Of a DNA stretch of 24,578 bases, positions 9,085 to 17,125 are shown piece after piece. The position numbers were made by a program, and so were the translations under genes. Source of the stretch: Pseudobacteriovorax sp. Lineage in GTDB: Bacteria; Bdellovibrionota_B; Oligoflexia; Oligoflexales; Oligoflexaceae. Location of the stretch: assembly GCA_050293845.1 (NCBI GenBank), contig JBNKNM010000072.1:1-24578 (forward strand). Direction: 5' to 3'. Position 1 is the first letter of the stretch, and every line of letters starts with the position of its first letter. Below the pieces are notes generated by a model, which did no database searches, had not been told where the DNA came from, and saw only the letters and a program-made list of their open reading frames with translations.

Positions 9085-10062
9085 ATGAACTTAAAGTTAT
9101 GGATAATAGCTGTGGTGGCTCTGATTTTTATCGGAGATCCAAGCAGTGTACACGCCCAATCTTTTGAGCGTGGATATAAGGCTTTTCAGGATGGTAATTA
9201 TCGCAAGGCTAGAAAGTACCTGATTAGAGGAATAAAAAGAACCCGTGATCGGTATGACAAAGCCTTAATGTATAAGCTCCTGGGTATATCGGAATATAAC
9301 CTAGGACGTAAATCTGCAGCCTCAAATAGTTTCAAAAAGGCCGTTCGCCTCGATCCTGCTATAAAGATTAGTCGTAGTGAAAGTCGCAATCGACGTATAG
9401 TCAGTCTGTTCAAAAAAATAAAATCAAGAAGCAGCAGCCGTAAAGGTTCTCAAATGGCACGTGGTTCTCGGGACTCATTCCGCTCAGCCCGGCGGGGGCA
9501 GCGACAAGCTTCACAACGAGCCAGTAGAAGAAGCGGCAGTGAAACCTCATTAATTACAAACCTGTTGCCACTTGGTATTCCGCAGTTCATGCAAGGTAAG
9601 CCCCTTATCGGAGCTGCTGTAGCTGCGGGACAGGCTGCGGGAGCAGCCATATTTTTCGAAAGGACCACCACCGCACAAACCGCGGACGCACAAGCCCTAT
9701 CTATAATTCAGGAACAGGATGCCGATAATACTGCATATAACCCTGATGACTTTAACACCTATCTAGACGCCAATGAGGCTTTTGTCCTTAAAGCTCGGCA
9801 AGAAGCGACCCAGGGCCTGATCATTTTTGCAGGAGTTTATGCTGCGGGAGCGCTAGAAGCCATATTGAACCCTCCAAGCTCGCGACGAGGACGTGCTGCA
9901 ATTGATGACTATAATGATGAACCCCAATTAGCAGAATCAGAAGAGTTGGAAAGCATTTATATAGCTCCCGATTCGTTTGGAGTTCCCTCTGGGTTTCAAT
10001 GGCTAATGCTACCTAATAACAGAGGAATTACAGGGCTTTTGTCTTGGAAAGCAGAATTCTAA
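9085..10062 (+). CDS. Secreted TPR protein with Arg/Ser-rich linker and C-terminal hydrophobic (DUF5683/P13-like) membrane region
   Basis: Signal peptide ending VHA, TPR helices (FERGYKAFQDGNYRKA; ALMYKLLGISEYNLG...AVRLDP), LLPLGIPQFMQG motif and terminal strand LLSWKAEF. Confidence 0.7.
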   Translation: MNLKLWIIAVVALIFIGDPSSVHAQSFERGYKAFQDGNYRKARKYLIRGIKRTRDRYDKALMYKLLGISEYNLGRKSAASNSFKKAVRLDPAIKISRSESRNRRIVSLFKKIKSRSSSRKGSQMARGSRDSFRSARRGQRQASQRASRRSGSETSLITNLLPLGIPQFMQGKPLIGAAVAAGQAAGAAIFFERTTTAQTADAQALSIIQEQDADNTAYNPDDFNTYLDANEAFVLKARQEATQGLIIFAGVYAAGALEAILNPPSSRRGRAAIDDYNDEPQLAESEELESIYIAPDSFGVPSGFQWLMLPNNRGITGLLSWKAEF

Positions 10063-10736
10063 TCATCCTTCCAATTAAGAATCGGCCAGCCTTCTTTCTT
10101 GGCATATTTTTTCAGTTTGGGATCCGGGTTGACCACCCGGGGATTCTTTACTCTTTTTAGCATAGGAAGATCTGAAAAAGAGTCCGAATAGAAGTATGAG
10201 TCATCAAGATTTACTTGGTGATTCTTTGCCCAGATCTCAGCCTTCTCTACTTTGCCTTGATGATAACAAAAGGGTCTTTTGAAAGCACCTGTAAGCCTAC
10301 CATTTTTCACGGGAAACTCATTTGTCAGACTGTATTCTATACCCCAAGTTTTGCAGACTATAGCTCCCTGAAAGGACGAAGTGGAGCTAAGGAGAACACT
10401 CTTGTGACCCTTCTTATGATGCTTCTCAAGCATTTCTATAGCGCCTTTTTGGATGCGATGCTCAATATAATCCCTGAAAAATTCCTTCGACTGCTCAGCT
10501 ACCTCTTTTTCCAAGCGGTTACGATAATGTAAGGTAGCTTTCTCATAGGCAGACTCCATATCCAACAAATTTAGGTGATACAAAAAAGAAGAAAAGGCGG
10601 TATCAATTAGCATTTTAGTGGTTATGCGCCCATGTTTCCGCTCATACTTAGCATATAACAAAGCGCTATTAACATCGATCAAAGTTCGGTCCAAGTCAAA
10701 AAATGCAGCAATTGTGGTCATATCCATCTCTTTCAT
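10059..10736 (-). CDS. HAD-superfamily subfamily IB hydrolase (SerB-like)
   Basis: Motif I AAFFDLDRTL, motif II LLSST, motif III GK and motif IV YSDSFSDLPML...VVNPD. Confidence 0.92.
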   Translation of the reverse strand: MKEMDMTTIAAFFDLDRTLIDVNSALLYAKYERKHGRITTKMLIDTAFSSFLYHLNLLDMESAYEKATLHYRNRLEKEVAEQSKEFFRDYIEHRIQKGAIEMLEKHHKKGHKSVLLSSTSSFQGAIVCKTWGIEYSLTNEFPVKNGRLTGAFKRPFCYHQGKVEKAEIWAKNHQVNLDDSYFYSDSFSDLPMLKRVKNPRVVNPDPKLKKYAKKEGWPILNWKDD

Positions 10737-11854
10737 TAACCTTCTAACGGCACCAACAAGCCAAGTTTAAATAACTCAAACATCATGTCTTGTGGCCAAC
10801 TTTTAAACTGTTCAATGTCTTCAAAATTAAACTGTATTTGATCAGAAGTTAAGATTTGAATCAAGGGTTCATATAAGCTTTCTATGACCCACTCCCGACC
10901 ATCAACAAATAAATACAGATTTTCCCCTTCTATGAAATAAACCCACCTGGTACCGGTTCTTTTTTCAAAGCATGAAGGCAGGGATGAAATCTCCTCCGCT
11001 GCAAATTCATATTCGAGCTTAGGCATTGTTAGGTATACCGCTAGCCAGCGATCGAACTCTAAACCTGAAAAAGAGTCCTGCAAGAGTTTTTGAAATTTTC
11101 TTCTATCTTGGAATGCAAAATGACCAGGATTTGCGCAAACACTGCGCCCACCATCATGAAGATGAATCTCTCGGCTATTTTTTATATTTAAATAATGACT
11201 ATAATTACTCAATAACTCCGTTTGATGGGGAGCGCGAAACCCCACCGATAAAGTCATGGATTCACTCAAAGCAATGCCATGATGGGCAAATCTTGGAGGA
11301 AGGTAAAGAATATCACCCTGATTCAAGGTAAAGACTTTATCAGCTACGAATTCTTTTAGAATTTTTAAGTCTAATCCTTCAATCAGCACCTCATCTTTCC
11401 ATGCTTGATCACTAATGTGCCACTCTCGCTCTCCCATACCCTGAATCAAAAAAACGTCATAATGGTCGAGATGGGGGCCAACACTTCCTCCGGGAGCCGC
11501 ATAGGATACCATCAGATCATCTACCCTCCAGTTTGGTAGAAATGAAAACTCCTTCAATAGTTGGTATGCCTCTGGCAGCCATTGTTCCACGCCCTGCACA
11601 AGGAGGGTCCATTTTTCTTGAGGTAGGCTATTAAAGGTTGCCTCGGAAAAAGGTCCGTACTCAACCTGCCAATCAAGTGCCGTTGGTCCTTGCTTGATCA
11701 ATCGGGACTCTACATCAGATTCACAGGACAGCCCTGCCAATTCATCTGGGCTGATTAATGGCTCCACATTAGCAAAACCGCTTCGAATGAGGCATGGTTG
11801 TTTCTGCCAGTATTGCTTTAAAAACATATCATGTTTTAGATCTAACCCCTTCAA
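10736..11854 (-). CDS. roxA: JmjC/cupin 2-oxoglutarate oxygenase, ribosomal protein uL16 arginine hydroxylase family
   Basis: FLKQYWQKQPCLIR, WTLLVQ, WRVDDLMVSYAAPGGSVGPHLDHYDVFLIQG (HxD), GDILYLPPRFAHHG (distal His) and SVGFRAP. Confidence 0.9.
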   Translation of the reverse strand: MKGLDLKHDMFLKQYWQKQPCLIRSGFANVEPLISPDELAGLSCESDVESRLIKQGPTALDWQVEYGPFSEATFNSLPQEKWTLLVQGVEQWLPEAYQLLKEFSFLPNWRVDDLMVSYAAPGGSVGPHLDHYDVFLIQGMGEREWHISDQAWKDEVLIEGLDLKILKEFVADKVFTLNQGDILYLPPRFAHHGIALSESMTLSVGFRAPHQTELLSNYSHYLNIKNSREIHLHDGGRSVCANPGHFAFQDRRKFQKLLQDSFSGLEFDRWLAVYLTMPKLEYEFAAEEISSLPSCFEKRTGTRWVYFIEGENLYLFVDGREWVIESLYEPLIQILTSDQIQFNFEDIEQFKSWPQDMMFELFKLGLLVPLEG

Positions 11855-11880
11855 TCTGAACCCCTATCTTTAATCTGGTA

Positions 11881-12108
11881 TTATTTGCTGGTGGAATAGC
11901 TGGTTTCGTATCCCTTTGCAATCATAGCTACCAAATACCATAATAGCGCATAAAGTAAATGTTTTTCCCGCAATGTTTCTATGTCTAAGAGATGAGAAAA
12001 TGGGACCTGAAGCATATATTCGACTAAGTCTTGGTCTAGAAATGGAGTCCTGCATTCACTTCCAAGAGCCACCTCTACTCTGTCACCTAAGTTTGGAATA
12101 GTATATGT
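11881..12108 (-). pseudogene. Fragment of a glutamine-hydrolysing asparagine synthase (AsnB-like) C-terminal region
   Basis: In-frame reading TYTIPNLGDRVEVALGSECRTPFLDQDLVEYMLQVP...REKHLLY matches the AsnB DRxxMAxSxExRxPFLD...EKxLL motif. Stop codon immediately upstream; the rest of the gene is absent. Confidence 0.75.
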
Positions 12109-12377
12109 TTATAACCAAAAAACTTTAAAATCGCTTCTCAAAAGGCCTGGGATTTTTCGAGGGTATCTCCATAGAATTCAATGGAATGAATCTGTCCCTG
12201 TTCCATTTTTGGTGGCCCCTGTAATATCTATCATGATCAAGAATTCTTTGTAATCTTGTAAAAAACTACTTATTCTAACGACAAAGCGGCCACTAACACT
12301 TCTAGTAATTTCAGTTCATTACATTGTAACTGAAGTTATCCCCGTTTACTTTGTAAACGAAAAATCATCATAAGCTA

Positions 12378-12405
12378 TCAATATTTTTCATAAAAATGCC
12401 GATAG
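12378..12405 (+). promoter_or_regulatory. Sigma28 (FliA)-like promoter of the TIGR02147 operon
   Basis: TCAA-N16-GCCGATAG ending 20 bp before the ATG at 12426. Confidence 0.6.
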
Positions 12406-12425
12406 GTGAATATAAGGAGGCCAAA

Positions 12426-13223
12426 ATGGAAAAGCCTAATGTATTCAAATATGAAGACCCAGTTAGCTTTATGAGAGATCAAATAACCTATCTAAAAGCG
12501 ACGGAAAGTTCTTATTCGATTACTCAAATTTGCAAGTCTATGCGTCGATGCTCGCCATCTTTGATATCTAATATTCTTGCTGGTAAGAGGCGTATTACGG
12601 AAGACCGTATTCAAGATTTGAGCAAAGTTCTCAAACTTTCTGCGACAGAAAGAGATTTTTTCAAAAGTCTAATATGGGAAGATGAGAATGGTGGGGCAAC
12701 AACTCCAAATCTAGATACGACTAGCAAACGTAGACGAGTTTCGAGTTTTATTTTAAATGACTGGATCAATCCTTTCGTTAAAGATTCGGTTCGACTACGT
12801 AGTGTAAGAGAGAACTTTCGAGCGATTTACTCAGAACTATCTGCAATTGGAACTAAAAAGAGAATTGATAAATCTGTCGAATTTCTTGTTCGTCATGGCT
12901 ACTTAAAAAAGAATGAGCAAGGTAAACTAATAGAATCAGATCCACTTCATGTATTAGGTGATGAGAACGTAGATAAGAAAATAAGAAGGTTTCATAAAAA
13001 TACTTTGGAGCTAGCTAAGCGTGGTCTAGATCAATTTAGTGTTGAAGAAAGGCTTGCTCAGGCCATGATCCTTCCTTTGGATGAAGAAAGTCATACGGAG
13101 CTTAGAGAGTTGATACAAGAATTCAGTAAAGATCTTCAAAATTTTTCAGAGCGACATAAAGATAAAGACCATAGACTATACCAACTGATAATGCACCTCA
13201 CACCAACAGGAGGCGAAAAATGA
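12426..13223 (+). CDS. TIGR02147-family protein (N-terminal HTH plus DUF4423)
   Basis: PNVFKYEDPVSFM...YSITQIC...SPSLISNILAGKRRIT (XRE-like HTH), ILNDWINPFV, winged-helix-like segment, IRRFHKNTLELAKRGL, RLYQLIMHLTP. AAGGAGG RBS precedes the ATG at 12426. Confidence 0.88.
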   Translation: MEKPNVFKYEDPVSFMRDQITYLKATESSYSITQICKSMRRCSPSLISNILAGKRRITEDRIQDLSKVLKLSATERDFFKSLIWEDENGGATTPNLDTTSKRRRVSSFILNDWINPFVKDSVRLRSVRENFRAIYSELSAIGTKKRIDKSVEFLVRHGYLKKNEQGKLIESDPLHVLGDENVDKKIRRFHKNTLELAKRGLDQFSVEERLAQAMILPLDEESHTELRELIQEFSKDLQNFSERHKDKDHRLYQLIMHLTPTGGEK

Positions 13224-14407
13224 GTAAGATCGTCTATATGCTGAGTTTTCTCACTCTAATTTTGTCTAATATAACCCAAGGTTCAACCTTCGTCGGTAAT
13301 GGTGGGAGTTGGCTGGACGCAGAACTAAGAGAAACGATCCATAAGGTAAAGGAAGTTTTACTTCTCATCCAAGAAAAAGAAGATATCGAAGAATGCGATC
13401 GATCTATTTGTGATATTCTCGAGGGTCTCTCAAATGATGAGCACAGATTTGCTACAAAATTTTTCATGAAGCGAAGAATGTCTATAATTCGGGCTATCAA
13501 TTCAAAGAAGCTTGAGTTTAAATGGACTAGCTCAGAAATTAGAATAAAAGGATCATCTAGCCGTACTTTTTCAGCCATTGCTGATGGCACGACAATCACT
13601 ATTAATGAAAATGTATTTGCTAGACTTAACCTTATGCAAAGAATGTCATTGATTATTCATGAAATAAATCACCTTATCCGTTTCGATGGGAAAGTCATTA
13701 ATGACAATCGACCAATCGGACCTTTTGAAGGCTCTCAAGGTGGGCGTAAGCTTTTAGATCTACAGGGTGTGATGCTTATTGCTGGGGGGACTAGGTATGG
13801 GTACTTTAGACAGAAAGATCACAATTTGTCTAATCCAAATGAAAAATTGAATGTTCAACAATCTATAGGAAGTACGAAAATCTCCAATAGTGAAGGGAAA
13901 CGTTTATTTTTCAATAAACTTAAACTTTCAAGTACTAGCGTAGAATATTTTCCTTGGGAAAATAATAGCGTTGGGTTTCATCTTACCTATAAAAGCTACA
14001 AAGGAAAATCTAATCAATTGGTTTATTCCGTCTTTGAATCAGGATCTTTAAGTGTTGGAGTCAGTTCGAGGTACAGATTGTCTTCGTTGATTATGAACAA
14101 ATCATCCATAGAAAGAAACTTGGATTCTTCTTACTTGGATAGAATCTACTTTAAAGGCCACCTAAATATAGGAAAAGGCACTGCAGTGCATCTTGTAGGG
14201 GATGGCTATTCTCAAATAGAAGGGCGAGATAGCTTTTTCTGTATTGGTGGAGACATCAACCTCTATTTACCTATTGTATATGGTTTTTGGTTCAACCTTG
14301 GGTATGGACTCCAATGGCAGGAATTTACAATTCAAGAAACAAATTTTACGTCTAAATCTGTGTACAATGAAACAAATGTGGGGGTGAGCTATGGGTTTTC
14401 AATATAG
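13220..14407 (+). CDS. Secreted protein: GNGG motif, HExxH zincin-like domain and C-terminal small outer-membrane beta-barrel
   Basis: Signal peptide then GSTFVGNGG; ITINENVF...SLIIHEINHLI. The last ~190 aa are amphipathic beta-strands ending NVGVSYGFSI. ATGA overlap with the upstream gene. Confidence 0.7.
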   Translation: MSKIVYMLSFLTLILSNITQGSTFVGNGGSWLDAELRETIHKVKEVLLLIQEKEDIEECDRSICDILEGLSNDEHRFATKFFMKRRMSIIRAINSKKLEFKWTSSEIRIKGSSSRTFSAIADGTTITINENVFARLNLMQRMSLIIHEINHLIRFDGKVINDNRPIGPFEGSQGGRKLLDLQGVMLIAGGTRYGYFRQKDHNLSNPNEKLNVQQSIGSTKISNSEGKRLFFNKLKLSSTSVEYFPWENNSVGFHLTYKSYKGKSNQLVYSVFESGSLSVGVSSRYRLSSLIMNKSSIERNLDSSYLDRIYFKGHLNIGKGTAVHLVGDGYSQIEGRDSFFCIGGDINLYLPIVYGFWFNLGYGLQWQEFTIQETNFTSKSVYNETNVGVSYGFSI

Positions 14408-15563
14408 TTTAAATGTTTTGAAGATTTTACTTATTATCCTTTGCCAAGTGCAGCATGCTTGCTCAAATTCGAAGGTATCTGGCGCTGGAGGAATAGGTGA
14501 AGAAATTCCAGAAGTTGGTTTTAGCAAGCAATCTGGATCTAATGATCAATCAATATTCCAAGCCTACGACCAGTATAGCAATAGACTGAACTTTATTGAT
14601 ACGAAAAATCAATCGCTAAGCTTTTCTCAGCAGGTTGCAAGTTCAAACGGGGACGAATCTTGGATTTCGGGAAAAAATTCAAGCTACTTCTTCGGAATTG
14701 AAGGTGATCGTCTCTATATTTATCGCCAAGATCAGGAACGATCCTTGGTAAATACTTTTGCAGGCAATATAGAGTCTTACGCAACTTCATATGAAAAAGG
14801 GATTTTTATTTTCGTCGACAGTTTTGCAAGTATCATGATGATAAACGTTTCTGAATCTGGATATGTCGAATCTAGTTGGATAGGAGGTTCAATTATTAAT
14901 AGTGAAGATGAGATACTGGCAGGAGATGTGCTGACATCAGGTCATTTCCTAATTTCTACAAAAGCAGAAAAATTATACTTCATTGATATTGAATCGAGTA
15001 TAGCAACCCAATCTTGGGTTATAGATGAGATTGGACTAGAGCTGGGGGAGGTGCAGTGGGTTGGGAAAGTTGATGGAAATAGCAGTCATGCCCTAGTCTT
15101 TAATAGTTCGAAGAACGTTTTTTTAATAGATGTGGTTTCCGGGACGCTTTTAGATCAATTGGATTTAAGTCAAAGCAATGTTTATCTATCCAAAAATGGT
15201 ACTGATCATATTGCCTATATAGATTCAGAAAATACAAATAGAGTTATACTGGGAAGCGCTGCTAACACTATACAAAGTTTCGTATTACCAGAGATTCAAA
15301 ACAGGGTTACAGAAACGAAAGTAGAAAATGGCTATATGCTCGCCGTTTCTAAAGGTACTACTGAACAATACTATAAAGTCCGTCTATCAGATGGTTTGGT
15401 GGAACGTCGTGTTGATGTCCAATACTATGACAAACTTGGCTTTACCGAAAATTATGTGGTGATATTTCAGAATAGCCCTCTCGGATATATTAAATTGATA
15501 AATTTTGAAACCAGAGAAGAAACTATTTTTTCTGGATTCAACTTGGAAGCCTTGCAGAAATAG
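14391..15563 (+). CDS. Putative lipoprotein with beta-propeller-like fold
   Basis: Hydrophobic stretch and lipobox-like QHAC-S, then a Gly/Ser linker and repeated beta-rich units (LNFIDT, LYFIDI, VFLIDV, IKLINF). Overlaps the upstream gene by 17 bp. Confidence 0.6.
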   Translation: MGFQYSLNVLKILLIILCQVQHACSNSKVSGAGGIGEEIPEVGFSKQSGSNDQSIFQAYDQYSNRLNFIDTKNQSLSFSQQVASSNGDESWISGKNSSYFFGIEGDRLYIYRQDQERSLVNTFAGNIESYATSYEKGIFIFVDSFASIMMINVSESGYVESSWIGGSIINSEDEILAGDVLTSGHFLISTKAEKLYFIDIESSIATQSWVIDEIGLELGEVQWVGKVDGNSSHALVFNSSKNVFLIDVVSGTLLDQLDLSQSNVYLSKNGTDHIAYIDSENTNRVILGSAANTIQSFVLPEIQNRVTETKVENGYMLAVSKGTTEQYYKVRLSDGLVERRVDVQYYDKLGFTENYVVIFQNSPLGYIKLINFETREETIFSGFNLEALQK

Positions 15564-16130
15564 TTCCAAACAAGGAAGTTGCTGCATTATGGTTGCGCTT
15601 CCGCTTTCTATTTGAATTAGCAGTTATCTGTTTGGCGTGATAAATCCAGAAAATGATGATGTTATTAACCTTTGTTGTCGAGTATATAGTGAATTATTCC
15701 TCGTTGATTTAGATAGCAAACTCGTTTATTGACGTAGTCTTCGACTTCGACCATTTTATTTACTTTGGAAGCGTTGAGTTTTGATGCTTCTAAAGCCTCT
15801 TTCAAGGAAACTAACCTAAAATAAATTGTATTGGGAGTTTAAGTAGTTTTTTGAGAAATTTTTTGCTTAATTTCATGGCTTTGCCGCTCCGTCCTCCCTA
15901 GTCACAAACTTATACAACCGTGAAGTCAATAACGATTACAGGCAACAACATGCTTTATTATATGATTAGTAAAGCTAGTTGGCCTCAAAATACCGATTTT
16001 TTCTTCACCAAAGGAACTGTCAATGAATTGACTACACTTGGCTTATATGGATATTCCACCGCTCCTTCGCCAACTGATGACTTTCCTAAAAAGTCAGCTG
16101 CTTTTCCGGTTCTATCTGGAATGTCAAAAG

Positions 16131-16727
16131 TTAATTTTGTGAAATTTTGGATGTGCCTTGCAACCAGGCTGCGGTTTTAGCAATAGCTGCCGATGCTTCT
16201 GGCAATAAAATTTGCGCCGCTTGAGATGCGAAACTATACGCTGCCCAAGGTTTGGCTGTAATCAGATTTTTATCTGTCACCACATCCTTGTCTATGTAGG
16301 TACTGCTTGTCATATATTCATCTATAACTTCAAAAAGACCTTCAAATTGCTTACGATCGATCTTGCTTTCATCTGCGGTATGAGTACAGCGCTTATGATC
16401 TAAGAATCCACTCATGCCCAGTATAAGAACTCCGTTACAGATTCCCGCTGCTAATTTAACATGAGTTAGATTTTTTAGAATTCCCACAGGGTCATCATTG
16501 TTGACACAGTACTCAATATCTCCACCTGGCACAAAGACTGAATCATATTCCCTGAACTTGATGTCATCATAAGCAAGATGAGGCTCGATTCTAAGTCCAT
16601 TCTGGTCGCTAACGACAAGGCCTTTAGGGGATGCCATCTCTACACCTCTAAATCTCGACAGCAAGTGGAATGCCGGTAGGATTTCCCAGCTAATACACCC
16701 TGGATACAATAGGAAAAGACTCTTCAT
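16131..16727 (-). CDS. DJ-1/PfpI family protein
   Basis: LYPGCISWEI (conserved Glu), YDSVFVPGG, nucleophile elbow AAGICNG and VVTDKNLITA. Confidence 0.9.
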   Translation of the reverse strand: MKSLFLLYPGCISWEILPAFHLLSRFRGVEMASPKGLVVSDQNGLRIEPHLAYDDIKFREYDSVFVPGGDIEYCVNNDDPVGILKNLTHVKLAAGICNGVLILGMSGFLDHKRCTHTADESKIDRKQFEGLFEVIDEYMTSSTYIDKDVVTDKNLITAKPWAAYSFASQAAQILLPEASAAIAKTAAWLQGTSKISQN

Positions 16728-16830
16728 CGAACCCTGCCAATCTAGCTATATTTTAGAAACGTATTCATGACCATCGTTTTAAGTAAAAGACTTTTTGACT
16801 GAAGTCAATGCTTGACTTTCTTTTAGAGAG

Positions 16831-16859
16831 TGGTGGAGTTGCCCAGATTCGAACTAAGG
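16831..16859 (-). other. tRNA/tmRNA-like 3' end fragment (possible att-site remnant)
   Basis: Minus strand reads CCTTAG-TTCGAAT-CTGGG-CAACTCC-A-CCA: a T-arm with canonical T-loop, a 7-nt acceptor strand, discriminator and CCA. No matching 5' half, D-arm or anticodon arm is found upstream. Confidence 0.55.
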
Positions 16860-17086
16860 AATGCTCGTTTAGTTATAGAACCAAAGTCTTAAAAGCGTCC
16901 TCGATAGAGGGTCATAAAAACCTCCATAATACTTATATCTTACTTGGATTATGTATTTGGTGACCTGTAGTTCATTGCAAACGTCAGTGCTTATAGAAAA
17001 AAATTGATAGAGGTGGAGTCGCTTCCGTTCTTTGTAAAGAATCAGACAAGGATTTGTGGCAAGAAAAAATAGGCTATTATTGGAAC

Positions 17087-17117
17087 AAGGAAACCTGCGG
17101 ACTTCACAGGTTTCCTT
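17087..17117 (-). terminator. Hairpin, probable terminator of the dipeptidyl peptidase gene
   Basis: AAGGAAACCTG (17087-17097) and CAGGTTTCCTT (17107-17117) form a perfect 11-bp inverted repeat 8 bp after the stop codon. The U-tract is weak. Confidence 0.75.
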
Positions 17118-17125
17118 ATATCCAT

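Noticed and set aside
15665..15876. Possible frameshifted small minus-strand gene (MKLSKKFLKK... / ...LKEALEASKLN...)
   Set aside because: No recognisable family and needs a frameshift; cannot be supported.
15920..16180. 86-aa plus-strand ORF
   Set aside because: No RBS or motif, and it overlaps the 3' end of the convergent DJ-1 gene.
16831..16925. Possible full-length tRNA
   Set aside because: No 5' strand pairs fully with CAACTCC, and no D-arm or anticodon arm can be folded; kept only as a 3' fragment.
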